Notes: generated by a model not told the origin, from the letters alone. A stretch of DNA of 64,000 nucleotides from Chrysomallon squamiferum (GCA_012295275.1 CM022675.1:10726001-10790000); one strand, 5' to 3'. Counted from the stretch's first letter, positions 14,960-30,515 are shown. Numbers and translations: made by a program.

Positions 14960-15676
14960 TGCTCTTTAGAAAGAGATTCATTAGGGAAAGGCAATACCTA
15001 ATTACTGTTCTTGGATGAACGGGGTATTCAGAAAAAAAAAGCGAAAATTCTTTTCTGAACAGAGCAGAAGGCGAAAGGTCTCGATTTCAGCACGCGCTCC
15101 GTCATTTATCAAACTGTTAGCTTCTATTCTTGCAGGCTTAAATCGATTACAAGTGCTCTACACTGATAGGTTTTTTTCTCCTGCTTTTTTATTTATGTAT
15201 TTTTTTTTTTTTTGTTATTTATGTATGTGTTTTTAGTATGTGTATGTTTTTGATTATTGTCTGTGTATGTGTGTGTATTGTCTGTGTATGTGTGTGTGTA
15301 TTGTCTGTGTATGTATATGGATGACTGTTTGTGTATATGTGTGTGTCCCTCTGTGCGTGTATACATGCATTTTTGTGAATTTGTCCTGTGTGTATGTGTG
15401 AATTATTATTACATATTGTAATAAAGAAGAAATGTTTGTTTTTTTAAGCTTGTTTTTTTAGTTTGTTGTTTTTTTGGCAAAATAAAAATAAAGACTGAAA
15501 GTAAACAATAACAACAACAACAGCAACAACAGTAATACAATAATAATAGAAATAATAAATAAATAAATAAATAAATGTATAAATAAATAAATAAATAAAA
15601 AAATAAATAAAATAATTAAAATTATAAATAGAATAAATAAAATAATTAAAATTATAAAGAGAATAATTAAAATTAA

Positions 15677-15713
<37 letters not shown>

Positions 15714-17406
15714 TAATACTCTTTTCCATGTATTGTAAAAAAATTAATTCCAAAAAATGACATACAGAAACAGTATGTTTTATTTATTTATTTATTTATT
15801 TATTTTAATTTATTTATTTATGAATTTCCTGATATATTTGTTTATTTATTTATTTACTTATTTATTTATGAAATAATAATTTGTGTGATTTTTTGTTTGT
15901 TTATTTCTTAATTTTTTGTTTATTCATTTATTTACATTAAAGTATTATTTTTAGCCATTATTTTTTTTTTTTTTGGTCTTTTTTGTTTTATTTATTTATT
16001 GTTTTATTTGTTTATTTATTTGTTTGTTTGTTTATTTATTTATTTTGTTTTGTTTATTTATGTTTTGTTAGTTTTATTTTTTTTTTTTTTTATTTTTATT
16101 ATTTTTTTTTTTTTTTTGCTGTTCTTTTTTGTTTATTTATGTTTCATATCGGTATGACATAGGTTATGAAATATGCCCATTACACAAGTTAGGAAGTGCA
16201 TACTACATATGATAACAGACACGCTTGTAATTATAAAATTATATTACACATGATGAAGACACCCAAATACATAGGATTAAACAGAAATTTCAGACAGTCT
16301 TTTTTACTGAAAACTGTTATAAATATTTGTTTTCCTGTGTAAAAGATTTGTTCAGTTGCTTGATTACGAATCCACGGAGGAACAATTAATACTGAAGTAT
16401 GCATGTTTGCCCAAAGCGTTGCTGAAGAATTTATTAAAGAGAAGAGTCGGTTTCTGATTGTGTCTCTTGATTACACGATTAATGTGTTTACACAATCATT
16501 TATAGTAAAAAAAAAAGAAAAAAAAAAAGAGGCTGATATGCTAATTAGAAAAAAAAAAAAAAACACGATTATTCAAATATTCATTTGCAGTCCCATGAGT
16601 CATGTCAGTATTCAGAGTCGCATTTTGAAGTTGAATTACTTCATCATAAATAAAACAAAACAAGAACAACAACGACGTATAAGAAAAAAACACAAAAAAA
16701 CAAAACACAAACAAACAAAACAACAACCCAGCAGTCACAAGAAGAAGAAGAAGAAGAAGAAGAAGAAGAAGAAGAAGATGAAGAAGAAAGAAAGAATAAA
16801 ACAATCAAAAAGGAAAGAAAAAATAATGGAAGGTGAAATCTCACGCTGAAAAATGCAGGAGAAGACGCAACGATTTCTTTTTTTTTTTTTCGGAATTCTT
16901 CAAATTGGCGTGCAATTGAGACAAATGACTGTTGATACAATTCCTGTAAGCTAATCGCAGTTCCAGACGAAGACCAGACAGCACTGGACGGTCACTTCTA
17001 AATCTGGATGTCGTTGGCCATCATAATCGTGATGAATGTTCAAGGGTTACACGTAATTTGTTCGCTAAGTGGTTTGAGTCGGGGATTTGTCCCTAAGAGT
17101 TTAGGGAGAAAACGATGCTTAAGAAGAAGAAGAAGAAGAAGAGAAAGAAGAAGAGAAAGAAGAAGAAGAAGAAGAGAAAGAAGAAGAAGAAGAAGAAGAA
17201 AAAGCGATAAAGTGAAAATTGTTCAAAATACTCAGAATTATTTGAGTATGCTTGTTAAATGGTATATGAAGTGTGAAATATTTTTATGTAGTGTTTTTTA
17301 AAAATAAAATCTAATTTTCTTCTTCGTCTTCGTTCTTTTGGGAAATTTATACATATAAAAAGTATGAGATAAAAAGCAATAGTAATATATTAACAACAAC
17401 AACATC

Positions 17407-17453
<47 letters not shown>

Positions 17454-18855
17454 TAACAATAATAATAATAATAATAACAATAATAACAAAAGCAGTACTA
17501 CTAGTAGTAGACGCAGTAGTTTTAGCATTAGCACATTATTATTTATTGTTGTTGTTGTTATTAATAATAATAGTAGCAGTTGAAGTACTAATTTTGGAAG
17601 TAGCTTCAGAGGTCTATTAGTAAAAATACATTTATGCTACTACTACTACTACTACTACTATTGTCATTATTGTTGTCATCACATCACATAACATTCTGAA
17701 TATGACAGTTTAAAAAATGTTTATTTTATTTACATAGCGCGAGTCAACGATAAAACGGTGTTGTTGTATTTTGCACTTGCTTGTGCTGTCTGTCAGCAAC
17801 ACGGATTTCTCACTTAACACGGGGAACACAGTTAGTGCGACACCGACAGCGTTACATCAAAAGTGCGGCGCCTGAGTGACAACGGGGACAACGTTGAAAG
17901 TAACAATAACACAGACGTCATCGCCGGAAATAGTTGTTGATGTCGAAGTGTGGATAGATGAAAAATTGTTCTATTTGTGTTTTTTTTTTTTTTAAAAATT
18001 ATATTTGTAAATCAATATATATATATATATATAAAGTAAATAAATATATATAAATAAATAAAACAAAAATACAAATAAAAAAAATAAAATAAAAACGCAC
18101 GCATAAACGGAAGAAAATATTTGAAATTAATAAAATAAAATATAATGAAATGAAATTAATAAAATGAAATAAATAAATATTTTTAGAAAAATGAGAAAAA
18201 TGTAAACACAAAAACAAACACATCAACGAATACATATAACAGTTGACACATAAAATGTGCAAGTTAATAACACACATCCACACACAACACATATATCCAT
18301 ACATACATACATACATACATTCGTACGTACACACGTTCATCGCATAATTAACTACATTACATCCATCCATCCAATCATTCATTCGTAGATACATACACAC
18401 ATAACTTACATACAAACAAACAGATATTTCGGGGGCAGACAGGCTGGGAAAACTAACATATGTACAGACAGACAGACACCGAAACTGATAGAATTAATGA
18501 AAAAAAAAATTACATAAATAAATAAATTAAATAAATAAAAACAAAAAAATTTATTAAAAAACGAACAAAAAAAAAAAAAAAAAAAAAAAAAAAATGAAAA
18601 ACGACATTTTTTTCTGCGCGTAATTTCCACGGATAACGGAGATGCAGAGAGAGCGCGCGCGCTCTCTCGTGCAAAGTGAAATTAACATGCCACGGCTGAA
18701 CACGTGGCCACAGGTGATGAAAATGTCGGCGAAAAAGTAGATTCACAGTGACACGAGTAACAGTCTGTGATACGCACTGGCACGACGTGAATTGCGCAGC
18801 TTTGCAAAACGACGGTAATCTTTTTTGGCTCGATTTGGATGCTGATGTATACTGC

Positions 18856-18891
<36 letters not shown>

Positions 18892-19181
18892 AAAAAAAAA
18901 TGGTTAATTTTTTTTTTTTTAATTTAAAAAAAAAAAAAAAAAAAAAAATCCTCGAAATTTTCTAAACAAGTAAAAGATTAACGAGATAGTTAAAATGTTT
19001 TGACGCCTGAAAGATACACATTGGAGCATATCTAGCCTGGTGTTTTTCAAAGTAAAGTGTTTGTGTGTGTCTGTTTTGTGTTTGTGCGTTTGTGAATAAA
19101 ATTGAACGCAAACACGCACCCACACATGCATCGGTAAGTGTCTGCCGTCTCTGTTTTGACTGTCTGTCCATCAGTGTCTGC

Positions 19182-19222
<41 letters not shown>

Positions 19223-19607
19223 CATCTATCTTTCTATCTCTCTCATCCACACAAACATACATACAGACACTACAAACACTAGAATACACATATACAGTTG
19301 TTATACGTACGGTTTTAATTTGATTATCGATGAAGTGTATAATACTAATACTTTTTTCTCTGATGTTTAAATTAATAAATGCTTGAAATCTCCAACAGGA
19401 CACGCTAGAAATTAAATCGATGAGATTCAGAAAAATCAATAAATCAGTAGTAAAAAAAGTAAATTAAAAAAAATAGAAAATCTTTAGTTTTATCTTAAAT
19501 AAGTATGAGCCTGTTTTAATTAGATCAAAATTAACAAATAGCTTTCGATCATTATCCTATGATTAATATATAATATAATCTAATGGCACTATTAAACATC
19601 TGGCATA

Positions 19608-19655
<48 letters not shown>

Positions 19656-20108
19656 AAACATTTTTTAATCTAAAAATGTGTAACAGAAATGTATTCAGTG
19701 AGCTTTTATAAAACGTTTAACATCCAAAACATTGTAAGAAAATATAATCCAAATATACTCTAAACTAGACAAACTTTTCGATCCAAAAAGTTTCGTTTGA
19801 AATTGAACTGGAAATAACTCAGGCTAAACGTTAGGAAGATTTGGTTCCTCTGACAGCTCCTAGAAGTGAAAGGCTCTCGGTTTAAACACCCCGTTAACGA
19901 TGACATCACCGCTGCGAGAGTATTAAAAACGTCAGCTACAGCGTGTGGTCATGCCACTACATGTCCGTCGTCTCTGAGAGGCAGGGATCCCCCTGGCTGG
20001 CACTTGGTTTTTATCTCATGACACGTGTAGAGAGAGAGAGAGAGAGAGAGAATTGTATAATTATGTGCATGGTTATGTGTGTGTGTCTATAGAGGTGTAT
20101 ATAAGCAT

Positions 20109-20196
20109 CGTGGCAGCTACGAATGTCACTTTGTAACAAATCATAGAAAATGTGAGAAAGAGAGACGGAAATAAAGAAAGATAGAGAAGTATAAAC

Positions 20197-20197
<1 letters not shown>
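20109..20197 (-). repeat. Dispersed repeat B, copy 2 (inverted)
   Basis: CAGCTACGAATGTCACTTTGTAACAAATC..AGAAAATGTGAGAAAGAGAGACGGAA followed by (GA)n. It is an inverted copy of 7601-7701. Confidence 0.9.
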
Positions 20198-20281
<84 letters not shown>

Positions 20282-20831
20282 TATGAGAGAGGAAATATGA
20301 AGGTAAAGAGATTTCATACTGTATTATATAACCATAATAATCATCACGGTCATAAAGGAGGAACTTTTATGTTTACAGCCATCATCACAATCATCATCAA
20401 AAATATAATTATCAGTAAACAAAAGTCTTGTTTATAACCATCATCCTTATGATGATGACGGCGATCAGAAACTCTCTGTTTTGTAGTAATCATCATCAAC
20501 ATTCTCATTCTCCTTAAAACCATCACCCAAAGTCGTCATCATCTTTCTCGTTTCGCATTTGCCTGGGAGGCGGCGCGCTCCACACAACACGAGATGTAAA
20601 ATAAAACGTAGCAGCGAGAAATCTCTGACACTGAGTAAAACGTAATCCAGCAGATATAAAATAGCATCGTAAACGTCGACACAGTGAACGCGTGTTGTAA
20701 GCTAGGTGAGACAGTGATCTTGTTTACCGTGATGAATTACACCGAGTTTGGAAGCCTACGTCTGGTCATCATCTTCTGTGTTGACGAAACGATTTGCCTG
20801 TTTAGTGAATTACTGTGTGTGTGTGTGTGTG

Positions 20832-20836
<5 letters not shown>

Positions 20837-20930
<94 letters not shown>

Positions 20931-20950
20931 AGAGAGAGAGAGAGAGAGAG

Positions 20951-21000
<50 letters not shown>
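20837..21000. repeat. (GA)n microsatellite
   Basis: Directly visible. Confidence 0.98.
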
Positions 21001-21002
<2 letters not shown>

Positions 21003-21884
21003 TTTGTGCGTGAGTATATGTGTGTGTGTGTGAGATAGGGAGTGAGAGAAACTGAGAAAAACAAACAGATTATTTAAGAGAGAGAGAGAGAGTAAAACAA
21101 TCAATGTCGGAGAAATCTTCAGAGAGAGAGAGATCTTCAGAGACTGAGAAAGACAGAGAGAAATAGACAGGCAGATGAAAGTATTTGAGAAAGAGAGAGA
21201 TAAATGGAATAGACTGAAAACTATGTTCTCGTCTGACAAATCTAACATAGTTTCACATTACGAATGGTTTTTCTAAATAACACTGACATGAATTAAATAA
21301 GAATGACATAACTGTTCAGAAGAAAAAGTGATGGGACAAATTTCATAATTCAATAAACACTTCCCAATAAAAAAAAATTAATAATAAAAAATAAAGTAAT
21401 ATAAATAAATAAATAAATAAAAACAACACACAAGCACACGCACACACACACACAGATATATATATATATATAAAACGTCATTGTTAATAAATATTTCAAA
21501 GTTAGTTTATCTGTGAAAGCAGATAAAAACCTTGATACCTAGACAGGATTTAAAAAAAAAAAAGTAAAATTAAAAAAGTATAAGAAGAAAGAAAATAAAA
21601 AGAAGAAAAATTGAAAAAAAGAGGAAAGTAACGAAGTCAACAACGATTAAGATAACTGCTACCATACAGCAACAACATCATCAACAACAAAAACAAAAAC
21701 TAAAGAAGAAGAAAAAGGAGACGATTGACACAACGTCATCACCATCAGTACAAACAACAACAACGACAACAACAACATCTACAACAACTAAAGAAGAAGA
21801 AAAGGCAGAAGATGGATGAGAACATCATCATCATCATCAGTACAAACAACAACAACAACATAATACTAATAATAATCGTAACAA

Positions 21885-21915
<31 letters not shown>

Positions 21916-22486
21916 GCTACTAATAATAACAACAAAAACATTTAGAAGATGTTTGCATTATCATGACACGTGCAGACGTAGGGAGATCGCTTGCGTTTAT
22001 TGTTTTCATCTGCGCGTGAGACGTGTCACGTGTCTAGCGTGAGATAAACGAAGGCGACAGCATCACGGGAAGGCAGAAAATGCATGCTGACACGAATATT
22101 CGGCGTTGCATGCCGCCTGTGTGGTCTGCAGCGTGCATTTTGTCTGCCGCGAGTTAGAAGCAGATTGTAGTACGTTTCAGCTTTGATTTTCTGTTCATCT
22201 GAGTCAATGTTTCACAGTAAGTGGTAATAATGATGTCTCTTTTCCATTTAGCATTATATGTACCTCTGTGCGTGTTTGTATATACACAACACACACACAC
22301 TCATATATGTATACACACAACACACACACTCATATATGTATACACACACAAATATGTATACATACACACTTATACACATACACACACACATATACATACA
22401 TACAGTAGCAGCAATTGTAATACTAGTGAGTAAAATAGTATTGGCAGTAGTTGTAATAGTTTTAGGTGTAGCAGGAACAGTAATGA

Positions 22487-22522
<36 letters not shown>

Positions 22523-22699
22523 TGATTACCATGACAAGAAAACTATGATCAAGACGATGGTGATGATAACGATATCTACAAAAGCAAGTGAATCACACAA
22601 ACAACCAAACGACAAAAAGATTTAGTATCGGAATTGTACCACACAAACATACATACACACACACATACACACCAATACAGACATATACACACACACACA

Positions 22700-22762
<63 letters not shown>

Positions 22763-23590
22763 CTATCCAATTCATACAAAACACATATAATACAGATCTT
22801 AACATCACGGAACCAGAAAAACAAAAACAAATAAAAACACACAAAAAAAAACCCGAAAAGAAACAACAAAAAACAAAAAACAACGATCTCTGACTAACAT
22901 GTATGAAGGATGCACACAGTTGTTGACAGAAAGCAGAAAGTGACGTTGTCGTCGTTCGGCTGACGTGTGTACGTCTCGCTGACAGGCTGTTGACGTGATG
23001 GTGACGGAAGACTATTAGTAAACATGGATGTCAACTGAGGAATTACGTGAGGGTAAGAAGCACTTGAGACTGGCTCTAATTGTATATAGCTGTGAGCGGT
23101 ACATTGTGCATTTACGTAATAACGTATCTGAAACACAGAGGATCAACTCGATACACATGACCATGTTAACAGTGTTACTGGCCAACGGGACAAAGCTACG
23201 TAGACAGTTTTGACAAAATTATTGAAACCAGAAAACAGAGAAAAACTTAGACTGCATGGACTGCTAAACCTGTGGGTTCATCCTCTCACCCACACCTCCA
23301 AAAAGAAAAATAATAATAATAATAATAATAAAATAAAATAAATAGATAAATAAAAAAAATAAAAAATATGGCTCTGATGGCAGTATGTTAGACAGTTGTA
23401 GAAGTAGGACTTGAGTTGTCGTTTGGTTTTGTGTGTCTCGTGTTTATTCGTGTTGTGGTTTCGTAGGATAGAAATGTATCAATGGTTAAGTGTATAATAA
23501 ATGATAATGATGAGATGATGATGACGACGATGGTGATGATAGTAATATAGTAATTAATATTTAAAAGAAACTAAAGGTAATAAATAAAAA

Positions 23591-23680
<90 letters not shown>

Positions 23681-23684
<4 letters not shown>

Positions 23685-23735
23685 ACAATAAACAAAACAT
23701 ATTTGTACGACAGACAAAATCAATGTCGGAGAAAT
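23681..23735 (+). repeat. Dispersed repeat C ((GA)n-flank motif; partial copies at 14130-14168 and 21099-21116)
   Basis: GAGCAC..TAAACAAAACA.ATT.GTACGACAGACAA is shared with 14130-14168, and AATCAATGTCGGAGAAAT is shared with 21099-21116. All copies lie just 3' of (GA)n tracts. Confidence 0.7.
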
Positions 23736-24352
23736 AAATATATAGGCCTATAGGTTGACACAGAAGTGAGCCGAAATATATAAAAAATAATTAACTTTCT
23801 TTATATATATATATATATATATATACTATAAAAGAAAAACAACCCTCAAAACAAATCCAAAATTAAAAAAAACAAAAACAAAACAATCCTGTTATCATTT
23901 CACACCATTGTCGAACACCATTTACAAATGTTTCAGTTTTTATTTATTTTTTTTATTTTTTTTCACGTTTATTTTTCTTTCGCTTATAACTTGTCTTTCT
24001 TTGCATTTCTCTGTGTCTAGCGGAAAAACACAAAACGAACTTTGATTTACTTAGTCCATAAACAACGCGGAACATTTACTCGAGAATGTTTCGCTAACTC
24101 CAGACCTCAGACCAAATGGATCCCCTTACCGCATACATCTTTTAAAACAACAGATTCATTTCATGCTTAACTGAATGTTGAAAACGATCGTAATGATAAG
24201 TGTTTCACACTGAAACATGGCGAAATTAAAATTGCCGAGAAAAGTGAAATAATATTACGAAAACAGAGACGTTCAGTGAAAAATAGGGAACGTACGTGAC
24301 AGCTTTAAAATTAAATTTGTGGAGAGAAAAATTTGAGATAAATATAATAAGT

Positions 24353-24392
<40 letters not shown>

Positions 24393-25069
24393 AAAAGAGA
24401 AAGAACGTAGAGAAATATGAAAATGTAAGTGATGAATAGAGAAATAGAAAATGGAAAGAGAGAGAATGAGAGAGAGAGAAATTAAAAAAAAATGATTAAA
24501 TAAAATTATTAATTTAACTAAAGAAAATAACAAGAAAAAAAAAACATTTATATAAATGAAATAAATAAGAAAAATAATAATAAAAAAGCAAACAACAAAA
24601 AGAAGATAAAAAAAATAATGAAATAAAAATAAATTAAAATAAATATAATAACAATAAAAACAAGGACAAAAAAAAAAAAAATAATAAAAAAGTAAAAAAA
24701 ACAACAAAAAAACAACAACAATAAAACAAACAAAATAACAACAACTGTAAAGCAGATGAATATAAAGAAGAACATATATTAATATTACATTTCCACACAA
24801 TTTAAAGTTAAGAATTCGAACCTACCAAACAGAAACAATAACTTTTTTTTTTTTTTTTTTTTGTTGTAATTGTTCGACTTGTTAATCCAAAGTTTTAGTT
24901 GTCATACTTTTTGGTTTAGATTAAATAAATAATAAACTATAAATAACATACTAAAGTTTTTTTTTTTAAAACCCAAACGATCTAAAATAAAGATAAATTT
25001 AATCTGCAGGGTAATCATATACAAAACAAATCATTAGACATGTTTCCGATAATTCTTATTATTATTTTT

Positions 25070-25164
<95 letters not shown>

Positions 25165-25767
25165 GTTAGAAACTATCAACAAGTTCATTTATAACACCGA
25201 GCATACAGCATAACCTCTGTTTAACTTAAAATAATAACTATACAGCAAGGAACAAATTAAAAGTGACTAAACAAGTACTAAACTCAAGCATTCAATAGCA
25301 TTTACCTAACAACTTTTAAACTAATTGTTTGCTAAACGGATTTCAGAAAAAAATCACAGCTGCGTTTAAACCATAAATAAAAAAACAAAAATTCTCTAAC
25401 TGAAAACTTCGCGCTTTTTCGGACAGGTCACTCTTTGAGTCAGTCTGCTGACACAAGCGGGTTAAAAGGGTCTATAAATCAAGTCCCCCCCACACACACA
25501 CCCAACCTGCGCCCCACCTCCTCTTTCCACGGGAAAAAAAAAGAAACGACGCTCGAGTTCGTTTCACGAGCGAGAATTATTCATCTTTAGTCTGCTCTGC
25601 TTGGATTCCTGGCAGGTGGTCAAACGCTTGTCTCTTGACAGTCTTTAGCCAAGCCTACTGGATTATTCTCTCTTTAGAACGTTAAACGATTTTTCAAAAC
25701 GTCTACGTCACAGTAATTTATGACTTCGGCTTTCTCCGGACAATGGGCGGGCAGTTCAAAGTGTTGC

Positions 25768-25787
25768 GCAGCGCCATCTGACGAGCA
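25768..25787 (-). promoter_or_regulatory. CTCF-like motif
   Basis: Minus strand GCTCGTCAGATGGCGCTGC matches the CTCF core AG(A/G)(T/G)GGC(A/G)CT. It lies in a complex CpG island. Confidence 0.4.
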
Positions 25788-25848
25788 AATGATTTCGTTT
25801 TAGTCATTTGTCTTGCCTGACGATAGAAAAAAAAAAAAAAAAAAACGG

Positions 25849-25885
<37 letters not shown>

Positions 25886-26238
25886 AAAGAAACATTTATC
25901 AAATGATGGTAAGAAAAGATGAGGAAAAGGTTTTTTTTGTTTTTTTTTTAAATATTTATTTATTTATTTTAATTTTTTTTATGATGGCGGTAGGGAAGAC
26001 TTTTTAATACGCGTGTTGAAATACAAGACTTTAAATTAATTGCTTATGTACAACTCTCATTTCAGTTCTTTAGTTTTTCCTTTCCTTTCCTTGTTTTTTT
26101 TTGTTTTTTTTCCTGGTAGTATATCTGTCAAAAAGCAAATATCTTTTTGTCTTGTCGATTTAAAATAAACAATCAAATAAATAAGTCAAGATCTAAATAA
26201 ATAAATAAATAAATTAGTGAATTTATATATATATAATA

Positions 26239-26272
<34 letters not shown>

Positions 26273-26368
26273 AATATGGAACGGTATAGTGATAAATAGA
26301 TTATATAAAAACAGAAAATACCAATTCTTAATTCAAAAGAGGTTAACAAAGTTAAACAGAATGAACTT

Positions 26369-26401
<33 letters not shown>

Positions 26402-27728
26402 GTAAGAAAAAGGAAAAGAAGAAGAAGAAAAAGAGAAAGAATAACATACATACACAGATACATTCAAATAAAAAAAAAATGAATAAATAAATAAATGAAT
26501 AAACAAACAAACAAACAAGCAAACAAACAGACAGACACACATATATGCAAACAAACAAACAAATAAATAAATAATTTTTCTCAGAAAGTTCTCGAAATAA
26601 ATCAGTTTAACAAGAAGAAGACAGAGGAGCAAAAAGATAGCTTCAAAAAAAAAAAAAAAAAAAAAAAAATTAACTACGACAAAACGAAAATGAAATATAA
26701 CTCTTAAATTCTTTTCTAAAATAAATCAATTTTTGAAGAAGAAAGAAAAAAAAAAAAAAAAGAAGAAGAAGAAAAAGAAGAGAAAACCTATACAAGAATC
26801 TACAAAATAACATTTTTTTTTTTTTTTGGCTAAACTTGTACAAGCAGATGCGTTAACATGTAAAACTGTAGGACGTAACGTTATATCACATCTTGAAGTC
26901 GGAAAAGTTTTGAGACATGCCAATTAGGCAAGCTATTTCATTTTTCCTCTAATTCTCGTGTTGAAAAGACCAGGCCATTTCGCATCGGAATGTGCGTGGT
27001 GACAAAAGAAGTAAATGGATTTTTGTGCTTTCTGGCATGTTGGAAAACATGTTTGACAAAGCCGTTAAGATAAATACAATGGAGTGGAAGAAAGGTTTTC
27101 ATCTTGTTGCAGATTTTTGTGTTGTTTTGTTTACACCGCGGAGCTGTTTTGTATATTCAGAAACAAAACAAACACTTATCTGTGAAAAACGTTAGACTGT
27201 ATATTATAAAGTTATGTTTTTCTGTAGAGACGATCAAGCTGTATTTAAATCGCTTGGTCTTTATAAAGCAAAATAAAGAATTTTAAAAATAATAGAACGT
27301 TGTATATTATAAATTGTTATGATTATTTGAGATTGATTGTTTTTAATAAAGCATAAAACACTGTTTTTACATTTATATTCTTTATGAAGCACACTGTACA
27401 GTTTAAAAAACAAACACACACACAGACAAAATCATAAAAAAAACAACAAAAAAAAAACATTTGTTCTTTATAACGAATTACATAGAATGTTTCAAAAAAA
27501 CACTTTAAAAGCTACATCCATTTATCTGGATTGTCATTTGACTGAAGTTGTAAAGTGTTTTATAAATATATCAGTTTAAAAATTAAATGATTTTGTGTAT
27601 TTTTCATACTTTCATGAAAACGATAAACCCTAATTTTGATATTCCAAATGTTACTGACATCCATTTTTAAAGATGGCCGCCAACAGGTGTGTTATAAAAA
27701 TCTAATTGTTACGATTCAAACTTTGTCT

Positions 27729-27802
<74 letters not shown>

Positions 27803-28727
27803 GTCTCTGTCTCTCTGTCTGACTGTCTCTCTGTCTCTCTCTATGTCTTTATCTCTGCCTGTCTCTCTCTGTCTCTTTCTCTATGTCAATCTGTCTTTTT
27901 CTTTGTATCGCTCTCTTTTTATGTCTCTGTCTGTCTGTCTCTGATTATCTCTGCGTCTCTGTATCTGTCTTTCTGTATGTCCGTCTCTCTCTTTCTATCT
28001 TTGTCTCCTTAGATTTTCTATTCTTCAACACGTCTATTTGCTGTTTCTGTAGTGTTTTTCTTTTCAGCGTTCTACTGTTACTCACACGACAAATTTGCAG
28101 TTTCCTGTCAGAAGAGGTATGAATCCACTTTGGAATTTTCATTTTCCTCTTCTTGAATTGCTAAGAGGCTTTTCCAAGTTAACAATCAAATCACCCCATA
28201 TTACTAGTTAATCGTAGCTGTTAACGCCAATCAAACACAATACAGAAGTCTTTAAAAATCTCTATTTTATTTCTACTCGGGCAAAGCGATTGAGTAAATT
28301 TCAGTATGGATGTTGTGATATAAAACGTGTTTTCTCGGAATGTTATCTGAATTATCTATTTACCAAGACTTCGTTAGGGATTAGCACAATTAATTATTTA
28401 AATAAGATAAAACTATTTTATTTTGTCTGTGTAATGTTAATCTGTATTTAAACATTTTGGTTTATATTGTCATATGGTACGTAAATATATCAAAGGATAT
28501 TAAGGATAATTTGTTGGTTATGCACAAAATTTGCCTGTGACTTGAAAGTACCAGTTTTGTCTTTATATTATTATTATTATTCATTATAATGTATGACATG
28601 ACTAAAGAACAAAATAAATAAAATATAAAATAAATAAATAAATAAAATAAGTAAAGTATAGTAAAGTAAAATAAAATAAAATAAATAATATTAAAATAAC
28701 AACAATAACAACAACAACAACAACAAC

Positions 28728-28793
<66 letters not shown>

Positions 28794-29267
28794 AAATAAT
28801 AAATAAAATAATAAATAAACAAACAAACAAACAAACAAAATCTGTGGAGATTCATTCTCTCTAAAACAGTTTTAAAATGTATTAAAATGTGGTTAGATGC
28901 ATTTAAACTTATAATTATATTTATTCATTCATTCATTAAAATTTGACGATATTTTATATTTATTTATTTATTTATATATTTATTTTATTTTATTTTATTT
29001 ATTCTATTTTTTACTTTTTTAAATTCTTATTTTATTTTTACTTTTTTTGTTCAACAATAACTGAGACAGATTAATAACTGAAACAATGAAGGCACGGAGC
29101 TGAATAAATAAACACTTTTGTGACGTGAATACGTCGTTATGTGACAAAACTGGCGCCATGTTGTACGTTTAGAACAAGTCCGAGTCCGGTTTGTTTATGT
29201 TTTGTCATCATAAATTTCCATCATTTCAGTTACCTGTAGCGTACTGGTCAAATGAAACGTGATACTG

Positions 29268-29305
<38 letters not shown>

Positions 29306-30279
29306 TGTGTGTGTTTGTTTGTGTGTGTTTGTGTATGTGATTATTATTATTATTAGTTTAACTTCAGTTAATACACAATAACCACTATCAGAGTGTCTAC
29401 CTAATTGTTTCTCTTTTTGTTTATGCGTGTGTCTGTGTGTGTGTGTGTGTCTTTCTAGCTATTCTTCCATCTCTCATTCTCTTATTATTTTTCTTTCTCA
29501 TTCTTAAGCATTCATTTCTCTCTCTCTCTCTCTCACTGAAACACACATATACACGCACGCACACACGTGTGTTGTGTGTGTAATATTTCGTCAAAGAGTA
29601 AAATACTACATCCTATGGTGCTTTTGTTTTATTTGTTTGTTTGTTTGGTTTTGTATTTGTTTGTTTTTTTGTTTGTTTGTTTTTCGAAATAATCTTCTAT
29701 TTGTAGCATACAGTAGATTCAGTGAAGTCACTTAATGATCTATAATGTATTAGTATTACACCGTAAGTGTTGCTAAAAAAATTAATTGTATAATTCATTC
29801 ATTCATTCATCCGTTCATTCCTCACTCATACATTCCATCTCTCCTTTCCATTCGTTCATTCATGGTGAACTAAAGAAAGAAGGAAAAACGACAAACACGG
29901 AATTATCATAGATTACATTTTTTTTTTCTTTTTTGGTTCCAACACTGTAACGACACAACATAAATAAATTCAGTAAATCGTGGATGATGTAAAAACAAAC
30001 AATGACGCTTCCTAAGTAATAACATGAAACGAGAATACAATGATTGAGCATTTTCAAGGCGTTTTCGTGATTTATTAAATTTCAATAAAACCATGCAACC
30101 ATGTCCATGTCAGGCGTGCTTAGACAGTTGTCTGAAAAAAGAAGGTTAACGTGATATCAACCGTGATAGCAAACTGACATATAGCTGAATCAGACGTTTT
30201 TCAATTCTCTGGTGGGGTTTTTTTTTTCAAACGTTTTCGTAGTATAATGAAGGTAATAGAAATGATAAATCCCATTTCA

Positions 30280-30319
<40 letters not shown>

Positions 30320-30440
30320 CTTCGATTTTATTATCATCGATTTTATTTCAAAATCGATTAATTCATATCACTGTTAGAAACAGGACACATAGTGAAAAGA
30401 GAAAAATCACGTTATTTAATTTCTTTTCTATCTTTTGAAG

Positions 30441-30505
<65 letters not shown>

Positions 30506-30515
30506 TAATAAGCTA

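Noticed and set aside
27221-27240. CTGTAGAGACGA, a 12-nt match to the complement of miR-993-3p as I recall it
   Set aside because: The seed and 3' end do not match, and there is no partner 5p arm (TACCCTGTAG) or hairpin.
29228-29250. AGTTACCTGTAG, resembling the miR-10/miR-993 family
   Set aside because: The match is limited to about 11 nt, the seed is absent and there is no complementary arm.
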